IMG/VR virus record: IMGVR_UViG_3300028588_000025
Span: 1 to 63,394 of that record
Source: a virus
Lineage: Duplodnaviria > Caudoviricetes
DNA: 63,394 nucleotides
Reading direction: 5' to 3' (one strand)
This document shows positions 9,601 through 18,428 of this stretch, piece by piece; position 1 is the stretch's first letter, and each line of letters starts with the position of its first letter. Position numbers and translations under genes: made by a program. The notes under the pieces were generated by a model, which saw only the letters and a program-made list of their open reading frames with translations, was not told where the DNA came from and ran no database searches.

Positions 9601-11548
9601 GGTCAAGCAGTTGGTTGCCGGCGGGGCTGATCCCCGATACTACTCGATGGTGGCACCGTACGATGCGGATGGCCTGGCCATCCTGCCTTACCACTACACC
9701 GAGCGAGCAGGCACTCGAACCACTCTGGCCACTGAGCTGAAGAGCGGCGATACGGTCGTCAACCTCACCTCGAGCAACAGCTGGATGGCAGATGCTGCGG
9801 CTATCCAAGCCTCCAACCGCTTCCTGGCAATCTGGAACTGGACTGATGGCAAGGGCTACACATGGGGCCCTGGAGTCTACTCCCGACGAGTCTACCCGTA
9901 CGCCTCGATCACTGGCAACGAGATCACGCTGAACACGCCCTACACGGGGCCGACCATTCCGGCGGGTACGATTGTTGGCAACTCGCTCTCCGGTGGTAAC
10001 TACCTGTACCCCAATTCCAACAAGCCGATCAACACCGCTGACGGCTGGCTGCTTGATTCCGGTCGTATCTCGGGGGTTCACACCAACACGACTACGGTGG
10101 CAACGACCTCGCTGCCGAGGCCGACATCCGCAGTCAGAGTCGGCTTCCTGCCTAACCGAGGCACCATCCCGGCGGGTAGTCGACAGGGCTTCGCCAATGT
10201 TTCATTCAACGAGGTTACGGTCGGAGCCAAGGCACAGGCCACGGCTGACGGCAAGAACTCCATCTTCACGTTCAACGCACCAACGCTGCCCACTCGATCG
10301 ACGCCGGGTCGGGCTGCGGGGGACATCGCCTGGGTGCGCAACTCGGTCACTGGGGTCATCGTCGCTCAGTACGAGTGGAACGGCACTGACTGGTTTGCCC
10401 GTACCCTTGACGACACCACCATCGCCAACCTCAACGCGGGTAAGCTGACCGCGGGCTTTGTGAATACTGACCGTCTTCAGGCGAGTAGCATTGGCACCCA
10501 GAAGCTGAGGATTTCTGACTTCGAGAACCTGTTCGATGGGTCGAACTTCGAGAGCATGAACCTGATCCCCTGGGTGGGTCTGGCAGCTTCGGCTCGCAGT
10601 TCGTTGGATAACATCGTAGTCAACGAGGGCACCGCCTCGCTTCGGGTCGGGCCCAGTGCTACCGTCAACACCTTCCTCTTCGAGTCGCTTCTCACCGTGG
10701 TGCCTGGTGAGGAATACCTCATCACCATGTATGTCCGAACTGACGCGGCCTACAATGGGCTGGATGGTAATGCTAAGCTTCGGTTCGGCGACAAGAACAA
10801 TGTGGGCCTGCAGCAAGTCGCCTATGGTGCAAACCCTCGCTTCGTCGATACCTGGGTTCCGCTCACGTACACCTACGTACCTCCTGCCGGCATCACCGCG
10901 CTGCAGATGTCGCTCAACTTCAACCACACTGCTGGTAACATCTGGCTCGACGGCCTCAGCATGCGCCACAAGAACGGTGGCGAACTCATCGTCGATGGGT
11001 CGATCACGACCCGAAAGATCGGCGCGGCTCAGGTCATCGCTGAACACCTGCAGGCTCGACTGATCGATGCCAGTAAGATCCAGGTCGGTACGCTGATCGC
11101 CGAACTCTTCATGGCGGGAACGATCACCGCGCGAGAAATCGCAGTCGGGGGTGTGGAAGCTGACAATGTCAAGGCGGGAGCGATTCAAGTCTCTCACCTT
11201 TCGCCTTCGGTTGGCAAGGACCTGGACATCAGTGCCAATGGTACCGTGACCATCATCGCGGGCCAGGTCAATGCCGCCACTGCTGCTGCAGGCAATGCTC
11301 AAGATGGGGTCGCTGAGATGCGAACCTACTACGAGTTCGGGCCCGACGGTGCTACAGTTTCCACACCCGACTCACCCTTTGCTGTGGCGATCCGGAATGA
11401 TAGAATCGAGATGCTCGAGCAGGGCAATGTGGTCTCGTACTGGAATGCCGGCTCGCTCTTCGTCGACCAGCTGGTAGGCGAGAAGGTTATCCTTGGTTAC
11501 CACCAGCTTGAAAAGTACGGTACTGGTACCGTGGTTAGGGCCCTCTAA
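6665..11548 (+). CDS. Large minor tail protein (Tal/hub with FN3 and carbohydrate-binding-like domains)
   Basis: ~1627 aa; FN3-like segments (LAPGVEYQFRVRAV; LTVGTNYRVRLIA), coiled coil, CBM-like region, I-x-A-x-x-I repeats. Confidence 0.85.
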   Translation: MSNEGIELRIFDYNDPTKYLDTIYNRQSPKFLEELGGSQGGSFTVSTSDAQVAENPRLIDYRQVVKVAVDNKEIGIWLIRGNDSETITEGELTSEVYNVNGPSALEGWLDDATVRPYGSFTRYSADKRYFNFATERGDWYDPSQWLPALWAGDWGYDPWGNLPDKWPSDHAAKWIWATAYESPFQAAPGSVSIFRHEFTTNDDGGTWVFYLGGDDFMEAWVDGVKIVDTDFLKISFAEPTKVELQLPKGDHVLTARITNGMNATGNPGGLMAAIYHKVNDVEQLYRWTGRGPADGGTWWSYYIAPGSNRMLPTWTPGAIMLKLIDEAKARGVRSMSWMKPTFTSTRDSDGVLWPVTDQPWEFEVGESLYSVASKIMELGYYMELTPNLDLTIRQQKGSNRAIDPGAMVFERGKNLRKASQKGVGKIKNALAVKTDEGWLIDPATTDTTSVAKYGRLESTFSAKVTASTAKSLLKPLFKQYATAEEGATYEVVTTEDMVPWIDYLVGDYVLAPDRYDLLIPRRVVSISVEQGDNGRPLYTIEFDTIFQDNEQKMAKIISNVTGGGVGNDRANGTGVSPAIGTPITPPAPVAMPVPPKLPTGLAITSEGTWNQLGSAPLSIAHVSWDRVLTNTANTAITVEYYEVQMRTLGEADEQVVASTTALTANVQPLAPGVEYQFRVRAVQTVDGPVSAFSPWVTHKAIGPSTPLPAPSTPTLSSSMGLLTVNWDGLLGNAEPARQFRYVYAQVSTDGVNWQTNGSVMQRNGRSTNIAGLTVGTNYRVRLIAMDVAGIASEPSGIANITLTGIDLGSLEADLAGNKAAIEAAEDAIDQLGLDLDEIDIDVTQAQSTANNAQTVAEAARLAAASKSKVWPTGPTPPTSGMAVDDLFIRSTDGALMRFSSLGWLVVPLATQAYIQSRSFNLITNGTGLLGNNTNFSPFTFDPSDHPTGALGMFSTNLTLALLDELIPVDPTLIYELSYAVKQLVAGGADPRYYSMVAPYDADGLAILPYHYTERAGTRTTLATELKSGDTVVNLTSSNSWMADAAAIQASNRFLAIWNWTDGKGYTWGPGVYSRRVYPYASITGNEITLNTPYTGPTIPAGTIVGNSLSGGNYLYPNSNKPINTADGWLLDSGRISGVHTNTTTVATTSLPRPTSAVRVGFLPNRGTIPAGSRQGFANVSFNEVTVGAKAQATADGKNSIFTFNAPTLPTRSTPGRAAGDIAWVRNSVTGVIVAQYEWNGTDWFARTLDDTTIANLNAGKLTAGFVNTDRLQASSIGTQKLRISDFENLFDGSNFESMNLIPWVGLAASARSSLDNIVVNEGTASLRVGPSATVNTFLFESLLTVVPGEEYLITMYVRTDAAYNGLDGNAKLRFGDKNNVGLQQVAYGANPRFVDTWVPLTYTYVPPAGITALQMSLNFNHTAGNIWLDGLSMRHKNGGELIVDGSITTRKIGAAQVIAEHLQARLIDASKIQVGTLIAELFMAGTITAREIAVGGVEADNVKAGAIQVSHLSPSVGKDLDISANGTVTIIAGQVNAATAAAGNAQDGVAEMRTYYEFGPDGATVSTPDSPFAVAIRNDRIEMLEQGNVVSYWNAGSLFVDQLVGEKVILGYHQLEKYGTGTVVRAL

Positions 11549-13455
11549 TGGCAACTTCGTCACAGACATTCTCGGGTAGGTCGGCTTTCCGCCTCGACCT
11601 GACTGTCAACCAGTCGAGCCAGAGCATCGATGGTAACTACTCCATCGTCAACATCCAGCTCCGCATCGTCAAGGTCTCGGCCTCGCCGACGTACAGCTTC
11701 AACAACAGCACTTGGTCGGTGGTCGTCGCTGGGGTCAACTACTCGGGCAACTTCACCTATGACTTCCGCAACGTCGATTCGTTGCTGCTGCTCAACACTG
11801 ATCTGCAGGTTACTCACAATGCGGACGGGTCTCAGGCGGTTGGAGCAAGCTCGGTCGTCAATGCTGCGCTGCTGGGAAGCGCTGGGCCGGGCCTGACCCT
11901 CGCACTGACCACAATCCCCCGAGCGACTCAGGCGTCGCTTAGGTACCCGCTGATCAACGCTGGGGACATCCAGGACATCACCCTGCCCCGCGCATCGACC
12001 AGCTTCACCCACGATGTCGACCTGCTCTTCGGTTCCTACGCCAAGCAGGTGGCAAACCGGGTGACCGACGCAGCAAGCTTCTTGATCCCGCTCGAGACCC
12101 TGAACTACATCCCCAACAATGCTTCGGGCTACGGATTCATCCGGGTGTACACCTACAATGGTGCTACGCTTGTCGGGATCAAGGACACTCGGATTGACAT
12201 CCAGCCCAACCCCAGCGTGCTGCCCGAGTGGGACGACACGACGGTGGTCGAAGGTACGCCGGGAATTGCTGCCAACATTGGCGCCTTCGTTCGAGGTATC
12301 AGCACTCTGCAGCTGGCGGTCACCAACCCCCGAGGCTTGTACGGGGCAACCATCACGAGTTACAAGGTCACGGTGAATGGTCAGGTCTTCACCACTCGAA
12401 CTGCCAAGACTACCCCGCTGGCCTTTGCTGGAGTCAACACGATCACCACGACGCTGACCGACTCACGAGGTCGTACGGCGACGAGGACCAAGAACATCAC
12501 AGTGCTGGACTACAGCCCGCCTCGCATCCTCGGCGCTACGATCCAGCGAGCTACCTCCCAGAACGTTCCCGACCAGATGAGCGACTACATCCGGGTCAAT
12601 ATGAACCTGGCCGTCCAGTCACTGATGGTCGACAACGTGCAGAAGAATGCCCTGAGCTTCAAGGTCTCTTCTCGCAAACGTGGGGTGACTGCTTGGACTG
12701 AGGTCATCTCGCTCACACCTGGCGGAGTAAGCTATAGCAATTACCGAGGCATCGGTCCGGGATACGGGGTTGAGGATGCCTGGGAGGTCAAGCTGGATGT
12801 CACCGATGACTTCATGACCTCGTCGACCATCCTGACGATGCCCACCGCTACCATCTTCATGCACTGGAATGGCAAGCTTGGTGTGGGAATCGGCAAGTAT
12901 CACCAGCAGGGTTCTCTCGATGTGATCGGGGATATCTACCACCGAGATGGCAGCATCGTTCAGCCCGCCGGCATGATAGTCGCCTTCGCCGGTACTCAGG
13001 CTCCTCCCGGTTGGCTCATGTGCAACGGCGCATTCCTCAAGCGAGCTACCTACCCCGACCTCTATGCCGCCATCGGTCTTCGATATGGTAGCCCCATCGA
13101 CTCGACGACGTTCATCTTGCCTGACCTCAGGGGTAAGACGGTCTTGGGCTACGACTCGGGTCAGACTGAGTTCAACTCGGTCGGCAAGGTGGGTGGCGCC
13201 AAGGCTCACTCCCACACCGAGGGTGACCTGTCCGCAGCGATCGGTGCAACTGGCGGCAACTCGCTCATCATCGGTTACCAGGCTAGTTCGCTCAACCCTC
13301 GCGGACCTGCTGCAGTGGGCGCCTATCACGTCGCGGGTTCTTCGGTCGCCAGCGACTCTCGAGCCATGACTCACCACACTCGAGTCTATGGAGTGACCGC
13401 CGCTGAATCCTCGCTCCAGCCCTATATGGCCTTGAACTACATTATCAAGTCGTGA
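11548..13455 (+). CDS. Minor tail protein with C-terminal tail-collar domain
   Basis: N-terminal VTHNADGS...LTTIPRA motif; collar motif PAGMIVAFAG..PPGWLMCNG..YPDLYAAIG..F.LPDLRG; ends QPYMALNYIIK. Confidence 0.85.
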   Translation: MATSSQTFSGRSAFRLDLTVNQSSQSIDGNYSIVNIQLRIVKVSASPTYSFNNSTWSVVVAGVNYSGNFTYDFRNVDSLLLLNTDLQVTHNADGSQAVGASSVVNAALLGSAGPGLTLALTTIPRATQASLRYPLINAGDIQDITLPRASTSFTHDVDLLFGSYAKQVANRVTDAASFLIPLETLNYIPNNASGYGFIRVYTYNGATLVGIKDTRIDIQPNPSVLPEWDDTTVVEGTPGIAANIGAFVRGISTLQLAVTNPRGLYGATITSYKVTVNGQVFTTRTAKTTPLAFAGVNTITTTLTDSRGRTATRTKNITVLDYSPPRILGATIQRATSQNVPDQMSDYIRVNMNLAVQSLMVDNVQKNALSFKVSSRKRGVTAWTEVISLTPGGVSYSNYRGIGPGYGVEDAWEVKLDVTDDFMTSSTILTMPTATIFMHWNGKLGVGIGKYHQQGSLDVIGDIYHRDGSIVQPAGMIVAFAGTQAPPGWLMCNGAFLKRATYPDLYAAIGLRYGSPIDSTTFILPDLRGKTVLGYDSGQTEFNSVGKVGGAKAHSHTEGDLSAAIGATGGNSLIIGYQASSLNPRGPAAVGAYHVAGSSVASDSRAMTHHTRVYGVTAAESSLQPYMALNYIIKS

Positions 13456-13767
13456 TAGGGTTTTCCTGCGCCAGAAACCCGGCTTGCCGGTAAGTATGGT
13501 ATGCGACGACGCCCCGGATTGTTGCCAATCCCCCATGACCCACTAACGTACCATTCTGATTCGATGTTTGATGACGAGGCAATGCGTAACCGGGTAGCAA
13601 GGGAGTAACATCATGCCGGGGCGCTCGTTAGTGTTGGGCGACTTTCCGATCGGTGCGCATGATCGATTGGGGATGATGTTGCAAGGGCTGGGAGAGGGCT
13701 GCAATCGCCGTGCACCCTATGAGTCGAGTGATTTATCGGTCAGCGTTGCGAAGCGCGCACACAAAAC

Positions 13768-13807
13768 CGTACCCCCTGAGCAAGACCGACCAAGCTCAGG
13801 GGGTACG
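13768..13807 (-). terminator. Intrinsic terminator for the minus-strand gene (possibly bidirectional)
   Basis: Perfect 14-bp stem CGTACCCCCTGAGC/GCTCAGGGGGTACG followed by GTTTTG on the minus strand. Confidence 0.8.
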
Positions 13808-13834
13808 ATTAGATGCAGCAGGTGCCGGCGAGGA

Positions 13835-14263
13835 TCAGGCCTCGTCGTCCTCGAGCTCCTCGGCGTCCTCGGCCTCGGCCTCCTCGGCAGCCTTCTTCGC
13901 GGCGCGCTGCTCGGCCTTGCGCTGCTTCAGCGCGTCGAGCTTCTCCTTCTTGTCCGCGTCGAGCTCGCCGTTCTTGTAGGCCTCGATGATCGCCTCGACC
14001 TCGGGGTCCTCCGGGCCGGTCCACTCCCAGCGGGCGCGGTTGCCGGCGACGATCTCGCGGTTGAGGCGGCCGTCGCGGGCCATCTTGCGGAGGAGGGTGC
14101 GGAGGTCGCGGGTCTTGACCTCCTTGCCGGTGTCGACCTTGATCAGGTCGGCGATGTCCGAGACACCGAAGGCGGTCTCGGTCTCCTCGGCCTCGACGAC
14201 GGGCTCGGGGGCGGGCTTCGTTGCAGCCTTGGTCTTGGTGGTGGACTTCGCCTTGGCGACCAT
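13835..14263 (-). CDS. Putative HTH DNA-binding protein (paralog family with 29817 and 39213)
   Basis: AAGGAG RBS; VSDIADLI...TRDLRTLLRK...GNRARWEW; Lys/Ala-rich N-terminus, acidic C-terminus. Confidence 0.65.
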   Translation of the reverse strand: MVAKAKSTTKTKAATKPAPEPVVEAEETETAFGVSDIADLIKVDTGKEVKTRDLRTLLRKMARDGRLNREIVAGNRARWEWTGPEDPEVEAIIEAYKNGELDADKKEKLDALKQRKAEQRAAKKAAEEAEAEDAEELEDDEA

Positions 14264-14325
14264 GATGTTCTCCTTGTTTGGTGTGGATTGGTATGTGGGT
14301 GCAGCTTGTTGAAGCGACATACAGT

Positions 14326-14397
14326 ACTCTAATATGCTACCTATCAGCTTGTCAAGGAAGTGGAAACATTGACATGGTGCTCTGGGTCATATAGTAT
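14326..14397. promoter_or_regulatory. Divergent sigmaA-type promoters
   Basis: Minus: TTGACA (14355-14350), 18 bp, TAGAGT. Plus: TTGACA (14369-14374), 17 bp, TAGTAT. Confidence 0.7.
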
Positions 14398-14438
14398 TGA
14401 GGTATCAATTCCCACGACATTCCCATAGGAGCCTTCAC

Positions 14439-14843
14439 ATGGCCGGCAGATACCTCCTCATCGAATTCGATGATGATGCTACGGCATCTCGCTTGCGCGA
14501 GCAAATTGATGTGGCATCGCGCAACGGCAAGGGGTATCGGGTAGTCGGTCTCTTCGCCCGCCCAGGCAACTTCTGCAAGTGCGGCTCGGCATGGGTGAAT
14601 GAGGCTCGCAAGCAGGCGCGCACGAAGCGAGGAGGCAAGTACGGGTGGCAAGTCTGCCTCGACTGCCGACGCCCGGTGCCCGTGATGTCGTTCCTCAAGA
14701 ACCTGATCAAGCCCGCTGACATCATCGGCGTGCCTCAGTATGATATAGTCAATCAGCTGGGCAAGCCGCAGTCGATGGGCTTTTACACCCACGGGCTGAC
14801 CGCACCGACCCTCGGTGCTCACAACTTCGAATCGAAGGACTAA
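14439..14843 (+). CDS. Hypothetical Zn-binding protein
   Basis: TAGGAG RBS; CKC and CLDC motifs. Confidence 0.65.
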   Translation: MAGRYLLIEFDDDATASRLREQIDVASRNGKGYRVVGLFARPGNFCKCGSAWVNEARKQARTKRGGKYGWQVCLDCRRPVPVMSFLKNLIKPADIIGVPQYDIVNQLGKPQSMGFYTHGLTAPTLGAHNFESKD

Positions 14844-15295
14844 TGCAGACATTCCTGCCGTACCGCAACTTCGCCTCATCGGCCAAGGTGCTCGACAACA
14901 AGCGCCTCGGTAAGCAGCGAGTCGAGACCCTGCAGATCATGCGAGCGCTCATCGAGGGTGTGGGATGGATCAATCACCCCGCCACGAAGGTGTGGGCCGG
15001 GCATGAGTATGCTCTGCTGTCGTATCAGGTCGCCATCTGCAACGAATGGACCAGCCGCCTCAGCGCCAAGGGCAAGCCCTTCCAGGATACATGCTTGGAG
15101 AAAACCCAAGCCCTGTTCGATACCCTGCCCCTCGAGCGACGCATGCCGACCAAGCCGCCCTGGCTGGGCCTCAAGAAGTTCCACTCTGCTCACCGAGCTA
15201 ACCTGCTCCGCAAGGACGCCGAGCACTATGGTCAGTACGGGTGGAAAGAAGAGCCCGCCGAGGGGTACTGGTACCCGACACAGAACGGATATTGA
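14843..15295 (+). CDS. Pyrimidine-dimer DNA glycosylase-like (T4 endonuclease V / MSMEG_6728 family)
   Basis: MQTFLPY...LDNKRLGKQRVETLQI...NHPATKVWAG...HRANLLRKD..HY signature. Confidence 0.85.
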   Translation: MQTFLPYRNFASSAKVLDNKRLGKQRVETLQIMRALIEGVGWINHPATKVWAGHEYALLSYQVAICNEWTSRLSAKGKPFQDTCLEKTQALFDTLPLERRMPTKPPWLGLKKFHSAHRANLLRKDAEHYGQYGWKEEPAEGYWYPTQNGY

Positions 15296-15296
15296 G

Positions 15297-15500
15297 ATGG
15301 GTTACATACTCAAGAACACATCGGAGATCGAATGCTTTCCCCACTGGAAATGGGCCGATGTCAAGGCCCTGCATAAGCACTTCGAGATCGACCATAGCAA
15401 TGAGCCCAAGGTTCGCTATGCCATCCGCAAGGTGACTCGCCCGGACTGCGTTCGGTGCCAGCAGCTCAAGGCAACAGGAGAGGCCAACTCACGTGGGTAA
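15297..15500 (+). CDS. Hypothetical protein with CxxC
   Basis: Fills the gap between glycosylase and helicase with coupled overlaps. Confidence 0.55.
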   Translation: MGYILKNTSEIECFPHWKWADVKALHKHFEIDHSNEPKVRYAIRKVTRPDCVRCQQLKATGEANSRG

Positions 15501-17022
15501 GTACCGCTACAAGAAGCGACCGTACAAGCACCAGGTGCTCGCGCTGAAGAAGCTGCTGAGCACGGGCTTCGGGGGTGCCTTGCTGATGGAGCCTCGAACC
15601 GGCAAGACCAAGGTGGCTATCGACTACACGGCCATCCTTCACCAGGAGTACGGGGTCAACCGAGTCATGATGATCGGGCCCGTCGTCGCCATTCAGGTGT
15701 GGATAGATCAGCTTGCCGAGAACATGCCTCATAAGTACCGCCTCACCATCTGGGACCGCAAGGGTCGCAAAGAGGGTACGATGCCGTCCTATGGCAAGGA
15801 CATCCTGGACATCATCCTGATCAACTATGATGCCTTTTCCACACCGGGTGAGCTTCGGTACTACCTGAGGGGCGAGAAAAAGGGTCAGCCGGTCCTCGAC
15901 AAGCATGGCAACCACATGCGATCGAACAAGCGAGGGGGTCGCTATGGCATGAAGGACAAGATCAAGCGCTGGAACCCTCAGCTGATCATCCTCGATGAGT
16001 CGCACCGGATCAAGTCCCCCTCGGCCAAGAAGTCGACGGCCATTCATTCCCTCGGTCCCCTCGCTGAGTACCGCCTGATCCTGACGGGTACGGTCGTCAC
16101 GAAGAGCAAGCGGCTCTATGACGTCTACAGCCAGTGGAAGTTCCTCAACCCTGGTCGATTCGCCGGCATGAACTTCAAGGAGTTCAAGGCTCGGTATGGT
16201 CGATGGATGGCCATGGACGGGTATGAGAAGTTCCTCGGCACTCGCAACGAGGAGGAGTTGCATGAGCAAATCCACAAGGATAGCTTCAGCATCACTCGCG
16301 AGGAATGCTACGACCTGCCGAAGCAGACCACTCAGATCATCCCGGTGCAGCTTGAGGAATCGGCTGAGCTGTACGACCAGATGGCCGAGGACATGGTGGC
16401 TCGAATCCACACAGGTGAGATTACTGAGGCATCGATCCGACTGGTACAGAACCTTCGCCTGCAGCAGATCACTTCGGGTATCACGAAGACGACGCCCTCG
16501 CCTCAGCACCCTGAGGGTAGGGTCGTCAATATCGGGGCTGAGAAGCTTCGTATCATCGGCGACCGACTCGAGGACCTCATGGAGGCTGATGAGAAGGTCG
16601 TGATCGGGGCCCACTTCAAGCACGACATCGCCCGACTCGAGGAGCTGGGTAAGTCGCTCAAGGTACCTGTCTTCTCGATTCATGGCGGGGTCAAGCAGGC
16701 CGACCGTGCCCCGATCCCTAAGGCCTTCTCGAAGGTGCGAGGGGGTGCGATCTTCATTGGTCAGCCTGCGGCCGCTGGAGAAGCCATTGATCTCTCCGCA
16801 GCATCGATCATGCAATGGTACAGCCTGCCCACCAGCTGGGTGAACTTCAGGCAGTTCTCCGACCGTATCGCACTGAGCGAGAAGCCTACCTTCCATGAGT
16901 TCTATCTCGCTGCGGGCACCATCGACTTCCTCATGTACGAGACGCTGATGGAGGATGGTGACATCGGTAAGAAGATGATCATGAGCCCCGAGCGACTCCT
17001 TCGTACTGGCCAGGGGTTCTAA
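15493..17022 (+). CDS. SNF2-family helicase
   Basis: MEPRTGKT (motif I), ILDESHRIK (II), LILTGT (III), QFSDRI (VI). Confidence 0.92.
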   Translation: MGKYRYKKRPYKHQVLALKKLLSTGFGGALLMEPRTGKTKVAIDYTAILHQEYGVNRVMMIGPVVAIQVWIDQLAENMPHKYRLTIWDRKGRKEGTMPSYGKDILDIILINYDAFSTPGELRYYLRGEKKGQPVLDKHGNHMRSNKRGGRYGMKDKIKRWNPQLIILDESHRIKSPSAKKSTAIHSLGPLAEYRLILTGTVVTKSKRLYDVYSQWKFLNPGRFAGMNFKEFKARYGRWMAMDGYEKFLGTRNEEELHEQIHKDSFSITREECYDLPKQTTQIIPVQLEESAELYDQMAEDMVARIHTGEITEASIRLVQNLRLQQITSGITKTTPSPQHPEGRVVNIGAEKLRIIGDRLEDLMEADEKVVIGAHFKHDIARLEELGKSLKVPVFSIHGGVKQADRAPIPKAFSKVRGGAIFIGQPAAAGEAIDLSAASIMQWYSLPTSWVNFRQFSDRIALSEKPTFHEFYLAAGTIDFLMYETLMEDGDIGKKMIMSPERLLRTGQGF

Positions 17023-17033
17023 GAATCGATTCA

Positions 17034-17063
17034 TTGACAGCCGCGTTCACAGGCTGGTATAAT
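17034..17063 (+). promoter_or_regulatory. Consensus sigmaA promoter driving the nucleotide-metabolism operon
   Basis: TTGACA, 18 bp, TATAAT with extended -10 TGn. Confidence 0.85.
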
Positions 17064-17090
17064 GTTATATTACAACCTAGAAAGGTAGCC

Positions 17091-17648
17091 ATGCTGATCA
17101 TCGAAGGCCCCGATGGCGCGGGTAAAACCACGCTGATCAAGAAGTTGAGCCGAGCGCTCGACATCCCCATCGCCCCGAGGGTGGTGAGCAAGGATGCTGA
17201 GGCCATGGTCGACCTGCAGCGCTGGGTGGATCGCAACCTCGCTACTGGATTCCAGCGCATGCTGTTCGATCGTCACCGCCTCATCTCGGAGCCCATCTAC
17301 GGCCCCGCTCTCGGTCGCTCAAGTGACGGGTTCAACGACCTCACCTGGCTCGCACCTCGCATCCATCGGTTCTCGAGGATCAAGCCCATCATCATCTACT
17401 GCCTGCCTGAGAAGTCGACTGCCTGGGCGAACGTCAAGGACGACCCCGACAACAAGGTGGTCGCTGACCCCGACATCTTCTCGAGCATCTACGACTCGTA
17501 CGTCCTTCGGGCCTCGCTCGACCGCGCGAGCATCCTCTTCACCACCTTCGTGTGGGACTACGAGCACGATCTCATCGACGGTTGGGGCCTCCCCGCCTTC
17601 ACTGGTCGAATCGCCGAAGCACTCAAGAACGGAACGTACAATGACTGA
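17091..17648 (+). CDS. Deoxynucleoside monophosphate (thymidylate-kinase-like) kinase
   Basis: IIEGPDGAGKTT P-loop; FDRH..SE.IYG motif. Confidence 0.85.
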   Translation: MLIIEGPDGAGKTTLIKKLSRALDIPIAPRVVSKDAEAMVDLQRWVDRNLATGFQRMLFDRHRLISEPIYGPALGRSSDGFNDLTWLAPRIHRFSRIKPIIIYCLPEKSTAWANVKDDPDNKVVADPDIFSSIYDSYVLRASLDRASILFTTFVWDYEHDLIDGWGLPAFTGRIAEALKNGTYND

Positions 17649-18135
17649 CAACAAGAGGCCGATGACCTTCCAGGAGGCCTACGACCACCAGATGGAGATG
17701 CAGGTGAACGTCTTCGGTGACGGCACCCCACTTCACGAGTACCCCGATGCTCGGAAGGTGCAGTTCATCGCCATCCAGAACCTCGCCGCTCAGGACGAGC
17801 TGCACGAGGCCCTCGGCGAGGTGGGCTGGAAGCCCTGGGCCAAGAGCAACCATGTCAACGAGGAGGCTTTCAAGGGCGAGCTCGTCGACGCCTTCCACTT
17901 CTTCATGAACCTCATGGGGACCGTCGACATGCACCCCGATGAGCTGCTCGAGCGCTACGAGCGCAAGGCGGCGACGAACCTCAAGCGTCAGCAGGAGGGC
18001 TACGATGGGGTCAGCACCAAGTGCCCGAAGTGCCACCGGGCTCTCGACGACGAGGCCGTCAAGTGCACCATGCTGCCCGACGGCAAGTCGGGTTACTGCG
18101 TCATGAAGGTCGGCGGCGGACGGTGGCACAGCTGA
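17641..18135 (+). CDS. All-alpha dUTPase/dCTPase (T4 gp56 / dimeric dUTPase family) with C-terminal Zn ribbon
   Basis: DELHEAL..WKPW..ELVDAFHF..K...N.KRQ..GY; CPKC...C...C. Confidence 0.85.
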   Translation: MTDNKRPMTFQEAYDHQMEMQVNVFGDGTPLHEYPDARKVQFIAIQNLAAQDELHEALGEVGWKPWAKSNHVNEEAFKGELVDAFHFFMNLMGTVDMHPDELLERYERKAATNLKRQQEGYDGVSTKCPKCHRALDDEAVKCTMLPDGKSGYCVMKVGGGRWHS

Positions 18136-18428
18136 TGGGCTACGATAACAACGGCCGCAAGATTTGCTACGCCAACATCAAGCTCAAGAGCGGTACGATC
18201 TACAAGAAGATCATCATCCCGTTCGTCAACATCCAGCTCGCCAATGACTGGCTCGCCGGCAATCACCTCGCAGACATGACGATGATCGATGCTGAGTACC
18301 GCAGGGTGACGCCCCTGCCGGATCAGCCCATCATCGACGAGGGTAAGTCCAAGCCGGGCGTTCGAGTCGACAGCAAGACCATCCCCCTGACCATCGACCA
18401 GATCGAAAGCTTCGAGGCCGCCTGGTGA
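18135..18428 (+). CDS. Hypothetical protein
   Basis: TGATG coupling to the upstream gene; overlap with the downstream gene. Confidence 0.6.
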   Translation: MGYDNNGRKICYANIKLKSGTIYKKIIIPFVNIQLANDWLAGNHLADMTMIDAEYRRVTPLPDQPIIDEGKSKPGVRVDSKTIPLTIDQIESFEAAW

